Positions 24,130-35,700 of a stretch of DNA of 64,000 bases are shown here, in pieces. How positions within the stretch are numbered: position 1 is the stretch's first letter; each line of letters begins with the position of its first letter. The DNA comes from Malacoraja senta (lineage: Eukaryota). Location: NCBI GenBank assembly GCA_038087875.1, contig JAXLNO010001607.1, forward strand, positions 310,001 to 374,000, in the 5' to 3' direction. Under the pieces are notes generated by a model, which searched no databases, was not told the DNA's origin, and worked only from the letters and a program-made list of their open reading frames with translations. The position numbers and the translations under genes were made by a program.

Positions 24130-24900
24130 GAGTCATGCTCTTTGGCATGAGGAATCGTCAGCTTGCCCCAATCAGTATCAATGGTGCCAAAGTAGAAATG
24201 ATTGAGAGCTTCAAATTCTTTGGTGTAAATATTACCAACGAACCTTGATGGAACAACCACATTGAAGGGACAGCCAAGAAGGCACACCAATGCCTCCATT
24301 TCCTCAGACGACTGAGGAAATTTGGTATGTGTCCAATGACTCTTACCAACTTCCATAGATGCACCATAGAAAGCATACTATCAGATTATATCACAGCTTG
24401 TTTTCAGAATAGCTTTGCCCAAGACCACAAGATATTGCAGAGAGGTGTGGATGTAGCACAGTCCATCACACAGACCAGACTGCCCATCATTGTCTCCATT
24501 TACACTTCCTGCCTCTTCAGGAAGACAGCCAACATAGTCAAAGACCTTTCTCACACTAGTGATTCCTTTTTTCTCCACTTCCATCAGGCAGAAGATGCAG
24601 AGCTTAAAGGTGTAGAGCACCAGACACAGGAACAGCTTCTTCTCCTCTGTTATCAGGCTTTTGAATGTTCCATGTGCTAGGACCCATTCCCAATTCTCCT
24701 TTACCTCAATATGGCCATTGGATTTTGTCTCTGGAACTGTTGTACAATAATGTTGAGAGCTATATTCTTCACTCTGTATCTTATCCTTCAGTCTGCCTAT
24801 TGTACTTGCGTTTGGCTTGATAGTATTTATGTATACAACAGCAAACACAATGCTTTTCACCGTACCTTGGTACACATCACAATACCAAACCTAAAGCTAA
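24130..24900 (+). mobile_element. Rex1/Babar-like LINE 3' fragment
   Basis: AKKAHQCLHFLRRLRKFG..P.TLTNFHRCTIESILS..ITACF motif; tail cacatcacaataccaaacc. Confidence 0.75.
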
Positions 24901-25837
24901 ACCTTAAATGGTGGATTATTGTCTAAATGGAGAGAGACTGTAACTGAGTGAAGTTCAGATGGGATCTTGGTATTCAAGTGCATGCATCAAATTAAGTTAG
25001 TAGCAGGCCCAGTAACCAATGGAAAAAATGCAGTCTTTACTGCAAAGGAGATGGAATTTAAGAACAGGGAAGTTATATTGGAATTATGCAGGATGATAGT
25101 GAGTCAATAACTGGAAAACCGCACACAGTTTAACATTAAAAAGGGTATAGGAGCATTGGATGCAGACCAGGTGAAATTCACCAAACTAAGTCAAGAGATG
25201 AAAAGGTTGTCCCATCAAGAGCGGTAAACACTTGGGACCCTTCTTCAGACTAATCCTGCTTGAGACTGAAGTAGGGTCCTGACACGAAGTGTCATCCAGC
25301 CTTTTTCTCCAGAGATGCTGCCAGTCTCGCTGAGATACTTTAGCACTCTGTGTCTAAGGTTGATAATGAGTTGTTCAATCCTGATTTTTTGTGATGTTAA
25401 TTTCTGCATGTTCACAGGGCAGACTGTGAGAGTAGACAGTTGAAAAACTAGTCTAGCAGGAAATGTGTGGTATTTGAGTAAGTGTGAATGTGGGGCCTCT
25501 CCAGTGAGATGATTGGGGAACTCCCTGACAAAGGGGGATGTGGTGAACAAGTCACCAGGAGGTCATATCAAAGCAGAAGTTAAATGTTACATTGATATTT
25601 TTAGAGTCTGCTCTTGATGTACTGGCATGGTGCAATCCGATTTGGACAACTTACTGTATATTGCAGCTCAAGATGATATAGAGATATAGCATTGGAACAG
25701 TGTTTAAGAAGGAACTGCAGATGCTGGAAAATCGAAGGTACACAAAAATACTGGAGAAACTCAGCGGGTGCAGCAGCATCTATGGAGCGAAGGAAATAGG
25801 CAACGTTTCGGGCCGAAACCCTTCTTGAGACTTCAGT

Positions 25838-26132
25838 CACGGCACGGTGGGGCAGCGATAGAGTTGCTGCCTTAAAGTGTCAGAGCCCCGGGTCCGATCC
25901 TGACTATGGCTGCTGTCTGTACGGAGTTTGTACATTCTCCCCATGACCAGTGGGTTTTCGCCAAGATCTTCGGTTTCCTCCCACACTCCAAAGACGTACA
26001 GGTTTGTACGTTAATAGGCTTGATATAAATGTAAATTGTCCTTCGTGTGTAGGATAGTGTTAATGTGCGGGGATCTGTGCGGACTCGTGCTGAAGGGCCT
26101 GTTTCCAAACTGTATCTCTAAACTAAACTAAA
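25838..26132 (+). mobile_element. HE1-like SINE
   Basis: cacggtggggcagcgatagagttgctgcc head, ggtccgatcc B box, (taaac)n tail. Further degenerate copies lie at about 26820-27010, 27650-27860 and 29490-29740. Confidence 0.85.
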
Positions 26133-26501
26133 ATAATCTAAGTAAGCTTGACATCTAGAATCATGTACAGCATAGAAACAGGCCCTTCAGCCCAGCTTAT
26201 CTATGCCAGCCAAGATGCCCCATCTACCCTTGACCCACCTATCTATATTTTAGCTTAGTTTAATTTATTATTAATGTCACGTGTACTGTTTTGCAGTGAA
26301 AATGTTTCTTGTGTGCTATCCAGTCAGTGAAAAGACTACATTACAATGAAGCCGTTCACAATCTATAGATACAGGGTAAATGATATCATGTTTAGTGCAA
26401 TGTAAATCCAATTGGTGTTTTGCCGATTTCCCTCCAAACCTTTCCTATCCATAGAAATTTCTATTACTTGACAATAATTGTATTATTTTCTTTGTTTCTA
26501 G

Positions 26502-26762
26502 GGCCTCACACACTGATCTATTACTACACCCTGAACCACGGGAGTACTCATCTACCAGAATATAGTGTCGTGGGTGTACTGGACGGTTGTGAGATACAGT
26601 ATTATGACAAAAACATGGTCATTACAGTTCCAAGACAGAAATGGATGGCGGCTGCATTTGACAGGAATTACTGGGTAACAAATACGGTCTCTGAAACTGG
26701 TTTCCATGGAATCATCAAAGGGCAAGTCGATGAATGGATGCGGAGGCAGAACGAAACAGCAA
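26502..26762 (+). CDS. MHC class I alpha1 exon (261 bp)
   Basis: Acceptor tttgtttctag at 26491-26501, donor GTTAGT at 26763. Encodes (G)[86 protein letters not shown], with class I motifs Y7, PE, VG..D, PR..W, YW and NET. Confidence 0.93.
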
Positions 26763-29700
26763 GTTAGTTCATTCATTTCTATACATTTGGAGTGTGATCA
26801 ATGTTCATAAAAAAACACCTCAAAGAAATTTCTCGCTGTGCCAGAGACCCAGGTTTGATCCTGACTACACGTTCTCCCTGTGACCACAGATATTTCCTCC
26901 AGGTGCTCCGGTTTCGTCCCATATCTTGAAAACGTGAGAGTTTGTAGGTTAATTGGGCTCTGTAAATTACTCTTGTGTGCTGAGAATGGGTGAGAAAGTG
27001 GGATTACATACATGTGTAGGAAGGAACTGAAGATGCTGGTTTACAGCAAAGATAGGCACAATGTGCTGGAGTAACTCAGCGGGGCAGGCAGCATCTCTGG
27101 ATCCAAGGAATGGATGACTTTTCAGGTCAAGACCCTTCCTCAGACAGAGTGTTTCCCCTGACTTACTCCAGCATTTTGTGTCCATTTTGGGATAACATAG
27201 AACTAGTGTGAAAGATGATCGATGGTTGGCATGGAATTGGTGGTCAGAATGGCCCATTTCCATGCTGAGTTACTAACCTAAGAACTGCAGATGCTGCAAA
27301 TGTGAAATAAAAACCAAAAATGCCATTGTCTGATGGCTTCATTGTCAGTTTATCACCATGGAAACCTGTCATTACCTTATCAGTGATACCCGCTATGTCC
27401 AACCATGCCTCCCACTCCTGTCTGTAACTTACACATTCTCACAATTCTGAAGCATTAATTTTGTTTCTCTTTCCATAGGTTCTGTTGAACTTGCTGTGCT
27501 TCCAGCATTTTACAAATCATTGAAATGTTGGTGGCTTTTTGAATGGTTAAAATCCCTTGTGTACCTCACCAATTGTTTTTACTTTTATTGACAAATTTTG
27601 AAAGAAAAGTTGTGTGAAATATTTAAAGGATAACCTAAATGTCATTGTGGTTCAGCCGTAGTGATGCTGCCGTAGTGCCAGAGACCCAGGGTTGATCCTG
27701 GCCTCAGGTGCTGTCTGTACAGAGTTTGTACGTACTCCCCGTGACCTGCGTGGGATTTCCCCGGGTGCTCCAGTTTCCTCCCACACTCCAAGCCTGTATG
27801 CCAAAGGGGATCACTGGTCACTGTGGACTCTAAGGGCTGTTTTCGTGCTATATCTCTAAATTATCTTGGGCACCAATTGTAAAGTAAGCTGTCCAAATCC
27901 GTCTGCACCACACTTGTATATCCATATAATTTGCAATTGGACATGTTTTATATTGTAAATCAATAAGTCCTATCACCATTACTGTGTTAATTCAATGACA
28001 TTCGTAGTGTACCATTGAACAAAGCAGGACTAGACGTGGGGGAACCATGGTGAGGTGGGGGACAAAGGAGGACCTGGTGTGGGAGACTTTATAACTTTGT
28101 CGGTGCCTTTTATGTGAAGAATCTTGACATACGTTGGGTTTACAAAACAAAGAATTTTACTGTGACTTGTCACATGTCACTATAAAGTATCATTCATTCA
28201 TGATTAATCATTTCTGAAAACATTGCTTTTTGTTACCTCTTTGGTTACACATTAAACAAATTATATTATTAATCTTTAACTGGACTAAAACAGGGTGAGG
28301 GTACAAACAGGGAACAATACATCAAAATATTATGCACTGGGCATAATTTCTATCAATTTCCACATCTTCCAATATTTATTATTATTTTCAAATTATATGT
28401 GAATACATGTGAATGACGTTTATTAGATTATCATCTGATTCATAGAACCATGTTTATTGAATCAGATTGCCTTCAAAAATAAGTTTTTTAATTTGCATTA
28501 TTTATGGTGCACATATTAACTGCAACATTGTTATGTTTATGAGATTTATGAACATATTGTCGGGGCTCAAGGGTGTGAACAAGAGGGAGAGATTGGGCAA
28601 GCCAGGGCTTTATTCCATGGAGCACAGGAGGCTGAGGGGTGTCATATAGGGGTGCTTAAAATCATGAGGGGAATTGATAGAGTGTATGCCCAGAGCCTTT
28701 TACCCAGAGAAGGGGAATAAAATAACCAGAGGACATGGGTTTAATGTGAGAGGGGGAAGATTTAATTGGAACTTGGGGGCAAACTTTGTGCTCAGAGAGT
28801 GGTCAGCATATGGAATGACCTGCCAGAGAATGGAGTTGCGGCAGGTACAATAACAATATTTAAAAGACACATGGACAGGGACATGCATAGGTAGATAAAA
28901 GTGCTGGAGAAACTCAGCAGGTGAGGCAGCATCTATGGAGCGAAGGAAATGGGCAACGTTTCGGGCCGAAACCCTTCTTCAGACTGATGTGGGGGTGGGG
29001 GTGGGGGGCGCAGGAAGAAGAAAGGAAAAGGTGGAGCCAGTGGGCTGAGGGAGAGCTGAGAAGGGGAGGAGAAAGTAAGGACTACCTGAAATTAGGGAAG
29101 TCAATGTTCATACTGCTGGGGTGTAAACTGCCCAAGCGAAATATGAGGTGCTGCTCCTCCAATTTATGGTGGTCCTCACTCTGGCCATGGAGGAGACCGA
29201 GGGCAGAAAGGTCGGATTTGGAATGGGAGGGGGGAGTTGAAGTGCTGATCCACCGGGAGATCAGGTTGGTTGTTGCGAACCGAGCGGAGGCGTTCGGCGA
29301 AACGATCGCCAAGCCTGCGCTTGGTCTCACCGATGTAGAGCAGCTGACATCTAGAGAGAAACGTTTTGAATGATGTCTACCCATTGCAGGGTAAATGGGA
29401 CTAGCTTAAATGGGGTATCTTGATTAGCATGGACAAGTTGGGCCAAAGGGCTTGTTTCCCTGCTGTGTGACTCTCTATGACTGCTTTATAGCAAAGAGCG
29501 CTGTTGCCTCACAGCTCCAGTGATCCGGGTTCAATCATCTCCAGTGCAGTCTGTGTGGAGTATAAGCATTCTCCCTGTGACAATGTTTGTTCTCCAGTTT
29601 CCTCCCACATACCAAAATGTGCTGAATTAGCAGATTAAGCCACCGCTGCAAATAGGTGGATTTGTGGCATTGATAGAAATGAGAAAGATCCGTTTTGGGG

Positions 29701-32700
29701 AATATTAGTGTTGGAATAATTTTGTTCTCTGGGCTAGAGTGGGCTCAGGAGGCTGAAAGGCCTCTTTCTCTGTCACATGGATTTATGGGCAGTTATTTAT
29801 CCTTGAATTGCCTTCTTTCTCATTTTAGTCAACAGTGTAAAATTGAACTAATTGACTGGATTGAACTATTTAACAATTGTAGATGAAAGGAAGAGCAGAG
29901 GCTGCTTTCCTCCACACACAAAGTGCTAAGGAACTCAACGGGTCAAGCGGCATCTTTGGGGAACATGGGAAGGCAGATATTTCGGGTGAGGATCCTACTT
30001 CAGACTGAAGTTGGGTCACGTTAGAGCATGCTTTGTACTCACACTCGCAGTCCAGTGTTAGTTTTCAAGGATTTTTTGTTATTCACAGCTTGTAGTTGTT
30101 ACATATTCAGCAGAGAGAAGATGAGACAAACTAAAGCACCTGCAAAGCACAACTAAAAGACCACAGAAAGAAGCTTGAAAAGAAGGCTCTTATCTAAACA
30201 ACGTACTTTCAAGAGAGAGTTAGATTTAGCTCTTAAGGCTAAAGGAATCAAGGGATATGGGGGAAAAGATTAGTTAAAGCAAATGTAGGTCCCTTGCCGT
30301 CAGAAACGGGTGAATTGATCATGGGGAACAAGGACATGGCAGACCAATTGAATAACTACTTTGGTTCTGTCTTCACTAAGGAAGACTTAATTAACTGCAG
30401 GAAATAGCAGGGGACTGGGGGTCAAATGAGATGGAGGAACTGAGTGAAATCCAGGTTAGCTGGGAAGTGGTGTTAGGTAAATTGAATGGATTAAAGGCCG
30501 ATAAATCCCCAGGGCCAGATAGACTGCATCCTAGAGTACTTAAGGAAGTAGCCCCAGAAATAGTGGATGCATTAGTGATAATTTTTCAAAACTCTTTAGA
30601 TTCTGGAGTAGTTCCTGAGGATTGGAGGGTAGCAAACGTAACCCCACTTTTCAAAAAGGGAGGGACAGAGAAAACAGGGAATTACAGACCAGTTAGTCTA
30701 ACATCAGTAGTGGGGAAACTGCTAGAGTCAGTTATTAAAGATGGGATAGCAGCACATTTGGAAAATGGTGAAATCATTGGACAAAGTCAGCATGGATTTA
30801 TGAAAGGTAAATCATGTCTGACGAATCTTATAGAATTTTTCGAGGATGTAATTAGTAGAGTGGATAAGGGAGAACCAGTGGATGTGTTATATCTGGACTT
30901 CCAGAAGGCTTTCGACAAGGTCCCACATAAGAGATTAATATACAAACTTAAAGCACATGGTATTGGGGGTTCACTATTGATGTGGATAGAGAACTGGCTG
31001 GCAGACAGGAAGCAAAGAGTAGGAGTAAACGGGTCCTTTTCAGAATGGCAGGCAGTGACTAGTGGGGTACCGCAAGGCTCAGTGCTGGGACCCCAGCTAT
31101 TTACAATATATATTAATGATTTGGACGAGGGAATTGAATGCAACATCTCCAAGTTTGCGGATGACACGAAGCTGGGGGGGCAGTGTTAGCTGTGAGGAGG
31201 GTGCTAGGAGGCTGCAAGGTGACTTGGATAGGCTGGGTGAGTGGGCAAATGCATGGCAGATGCAGTATAATGTGGATCAATGTGTGGTTATCCACTTTGG
31301 TGGCAAAAACAGGAAAGTAGACTATTACCTGAATGGTGGCCGATTAGGAAAAGGGGAGATGCAACGAGACCTGGGTGCCATGGTACACCAGTCATTGAAA
31401 GTAGGCACGCAGGTGCAACAGGCAGTGAAGAAAGTGAATGGTATGTTAGCATTCATAGCAAAAGGATTTGAGTATAGGAGCAGGGAGGTTCTACTGCAGT
31501 TGTACAGGGTCTTGGTGAGACCACACCTGGAGTATTGTGTACAGTTTTGGTCTCCTAATCTGAGGAAGGACATTCTTGCCATAGAGGGAGTACAGAGAAG
31601 GTTCACCAGACTGATTCCTGGGATGTCAGGACTTTCATATGAAGAAAGGCTGGATAGACTCTGCTTGTACTCGCTAGAATTTAGAAGATTGAGGGGGGAT
31701 CTTATAGAAACGTACAAAATTCTTAAGGGGTTGGACAGGCTAGATGCAGAAAGATTGTTCCCAATGTTGGGGAAGTCCAGAACAAGGGGTCACAGTTTAA
31801 GGATAAAGGGGAAATCTTTTAGGACTGAGATGAGAAAAACATTTTTTACACAGAGAGTGGTGAATCTCTGGAATTCTCTGCCACAGAATGTTGTTGAGGC
31901 CCGTTCATTGGCTATATTTAAGAGGGAGTTAGATGTGGCCCTTGTGGCTGAAGGGATCAGGGGGTATGGAGAGAAGGCAGGTACAGGATACTGAGTTGGA
32001 TGATCAGCCATGATCATATTGAATGGCGGTGCAGGCTCGAAGGGCCGAATGGCTTGCTCCTGCACCTATTTTCTGTGTTTCTATGTTTCTAAAAGCAGGA
32101 ATGGGGTACTGATTCTAGATGCCGGCATGATCATATTGAATGGCGGTGCTCGCTCGAATGGCCGAATGGCCTACTCCTGTGCCTATGTTTCTATGTTTCT
32201 ATAATTCAGATTCAGATTCAGATTCAGAAAACTTTATTGTCTGTCGTAACAGAAAATCTTCTTTGGCGTGGCTCAACATGCAAACAGGACAATGTACTGA
32301 TAAGCAGTCATACAACACAGATTTCTGCGAGCACACACCGTGTGTATAGGTCTTAAAAGCAAGTATAAAGATTAAAAACTGTAAAAATAGACAAGATGAA
32401 AGTTGTGGATACGTGTAAATTGACAGTGCGTCAGGGTTAATTTGTCCATTGTTCATTTTTTATTTAAGCTGTTTATGGCAATGGGTATGAATGAGTTTTT
32501 GTGGATGTTTTTCTTAGATAGGGGGACTTTATATCGGCAGCCTGATGGCAGAAGTTGGAAGGACTTGTGCAGGGGGTGGGTGGGATCCTGTGTAATGAGG
32601 TTGGCTTTCCTTTTAACTGCCTGGGTGTGGAGTACTGATAATTGATTTTGAGTTTTGCCAGTTATTTTGCTTGCTTGATTGATGATCCGGGAAAGCTTTG

Positions 32701-35700
32701 ATTTGTCTTTGACAGAGGTGAGGGTGAACCAGGATGTGATGTTAAAGGTGAGTACAGATTCTATAAGTGATTTATAGACAGCTGTTAAAATGTCCTGTCT
32801 GACATCAAAGCTCCTGAGTTTCCTCAGCAGGAACAGGCGTTGCTGTGCCTTCTTGTACACAGAGTCTGTGTGCTGGGAGAAGGACAGGCGGTTAGTATAC
32901 AATTAGTATATAATTAGCTAATTAGTATACAAATTAGCTATTTGTGGTGTTTCTTGAAAACACGAAGACGAGAGAATGTAAAGGATCTGCAGAACAACTA
33001 AAAGACTGCAGATAGCAGCTTGAAAAGAAGGCTCTTCATCTATACAACATAATTATGTTTTATTCAGCTATCATTGTTTGTAGAGTTTCTTATTGGAAAG
33101 AAAACATCATCCAAGTTTTGACCCTTCCTTATTACGCCTGGTCCCAGGGGCATGGTTGGCATTAGCTCATTACCTTCATCGTAATAAAGAGTTGTTGTTC
33201 ACAGTTGTGCCTAGGTTTTTATCAATTATTACCTTGAGTTCACAAACTGTTCTTTGTCTCTGGGCTTAAGTTCACAGACTCTCCTTTTCAAGGAGTGAGC
33301 AGTTTTAAGCAAACTGACTTCAGCAAATCCTTACAAATTCCATCACCCCCCCACTTTGATTCATCAATCAATGCCAGAGGGAATGAATCATCTAAGTAAA
33401 GGGGCCTGTCCCACTTGCGTGTCCTTGGAACGCAAATTACGCGTTGAGCCGCGATGGTCCGGCGAAGGTCGGGCACGATTTCATGCGTACGCACAGCCGT
33501 CTGGAGCGCGTGATGTCATTTGAAGATGGACACAAAGCTGGAGTAACTCAGCGGGATCGGCAGCATCTCTGGAGAGAAGGAATGGATGATGTTTCGTGTC
33601 GAGACTCTTCTTCAGTCTGAAAAGAAGGGTCTTGACCCGAAACATCACCCATTGCTTCTCTCCAGAGATGCTGCCGGTCCCACTGAGTGACTCCAGCATT
33701 TTGTGTCTATCTTCAATTTTCTTGGCCCCGCTCTGGGAGTAGAAGTGGGGGTGGATCCGGACCTCAACGGCCGTGAGCCCCAGGCCGAGTTCGGCGATCG
33801 TCTGCCTGCTTCTGCTGCTGTTCAAAGTGAGACGTTGCGTCTCGCCGGGGTCTTGGGCCTGTCCCACTTTGGCTGTCAGTTCCGCGACAGGCCGTTGGTG
33901 CGCGAAGATTTCGTTCACTACAAAATTATCGGAGCCCCGCGCGATGTCGCGCACAACTACATACCCCTCCGCGCTTCCAAGTGGGACCGGCCCCGCGCGG
34001 CCATACGATGCCCGTGCGCCTCAACGCGACCACGAGGTCGCATAATTTGTGTGCCAAGGACACGTAAGTGGGACAGGCCCTTAAGAATACCAAGGAAGGG
34101 TAGCGCAGCTACACATCACTGGATATCTTTAACCTGTTCAATGCCATCGCCGAGTACACTAGGGGTCATGGCCAATAGTGAAAAATAAACTTGGCAGTGA
34201 ACAGCTTAATGGTCTCCATATTTTAGAGAAAGCCTTCAATGCCCATGATGGGTGAGCCTTATTATATCTATGTTTCTCTAAATATAGGAAGCACTTTTGT
34301 GGTAAAAGATGGGGCAGCTCGGGCCTCGAAAAGATCCAACCTTATGTGCAGCTTTACATTTGTTTATATGCAATAAGCAAAAAGAACACAATAGAAGATA
34401 AAACATGATAATAATTATAAGCAAAGCCAAGAGATCGTGGCCTTACACGAGTTGCTGCCTTGCAGCACCAGAGACCCGGGTTTGAACCCGACTACGAGTG
34501 GTGACTGTACGGAGTTTGCATGTTCTCCCCGTAACCTGCGTGGCTTTTCTCTGAGATGTAGGTAAATTGGCTTGGTGTAAATGTAAATTGTCCCTAGTGT
34601 GGGCTGAAGGGCCTGTTTCAGCACTGTAACTCCAAAGCAGTGGTTCTTAACCTGGGGGTCGTTTGTGGTTTTTCTGGGGGGTCATGAATGGGTTGATAAG
34701 AACATCAATTTGTTGAGCCTATTTTTAGGAACCTAACAAAGGTACAGACCACACACAGTATTTTGTTCACGAATGCGCGTACGTATAAACAGGGCCTATG
34801 AGAGGGGGGTGCAGGGGATACATCGTACCCGGGAGCTGAAGGAGGGGGAACGGGAATTTCCTGAAATCTCAGAAAATGTTTGCAGATATTTTGTGAAGAC
34901 TAGCATTCACATTTTGTGTGAGCCGACATAGTTTTATATATCGTAATTCGTAGAAATTGTGATCCATAATAAAGCTGGGAATTTTAACTGGCGAGTGTGT
35001 GGTCGGGGTAACCTGATTAAAAGAGGGGGAAGGGGAAGATCCATCACGACTGATGGATCTTCCCTGCAGGAGGGGGGGGGGGGGTGCAGCATTAGGACCC
35101 AACAGTCATCACTACTGATGGATCTTCCCTGTAGGAGGAGGGAGAACATGAGGACCCCACAGAGTCATCACTACTGATGGGTCTTCCCTGTAGGAGGAGG
35201 GGGGGTGCAGCATTAGGACCCAACAGAGTCATCACTACTGATGGGTCTTCCCTGTAGGAGGGGGGGAGCACTAGAACCCAGCAGAGTCATCACTACTGAT
35301 GGATCTTCCCTGCAGGAGGGGGGGGGGGGGTTGCAGCACTAGGACCCAACAGAGTCATCACTACTGATGGGTCTTCCCTGCAGGAGAAGGAGGGGGAGAG
35401 CATGAGGACCCAACAGAGTCATCACTACTGATGGGTCTTCCCTGTAGGAGAAGGAGGGGGAGAGCATGAGGACCCCACAGAGTCATCACTACTGATGGAT
35501 CTTCCCTGTTGGAGGAGGGGGAGAGCACTAGAACCCAGCAGAGTCATCACTACTGATGGGTCTTCCATGTAGGAGGGGGGGAGCACTAGGAGCCAGCAAT
35601 CAGACCATGTGCTGTCTGCATGGTTTAGGTTGTGGGCCTGGTGCTATGCCGGGAACTCTAGTGAGATGACGGCTCTGGCCCGCTGGTGGCCGGTGGAGAG

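Noticed and set aside
25418-25477. 60-nt exon-like segment (cacag|...|gtaagt)
   Set aside because: Stops occur in all three frames; at best a UTR exon, and unsupported without RNA data.
25838-25920. tRNA genes at SINE heads
   Set aside because: A/B boxes are present, but there is no complete cloverleaf and each continues into the SINE core and LINE-derived tail.
33481-34188. Two ORFs sharing [12 protein letters not shown]
   Set aside because: An artefact of the long MITE terminal inverted repeats.
35033-35595. CRISPR-like repeat/spacer appearance
   Set aside because: The 'spacers' are related G-run variants rather than unique sequences, there are no cas genes, and the context is eukaryotic. 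It is a minisatellite.
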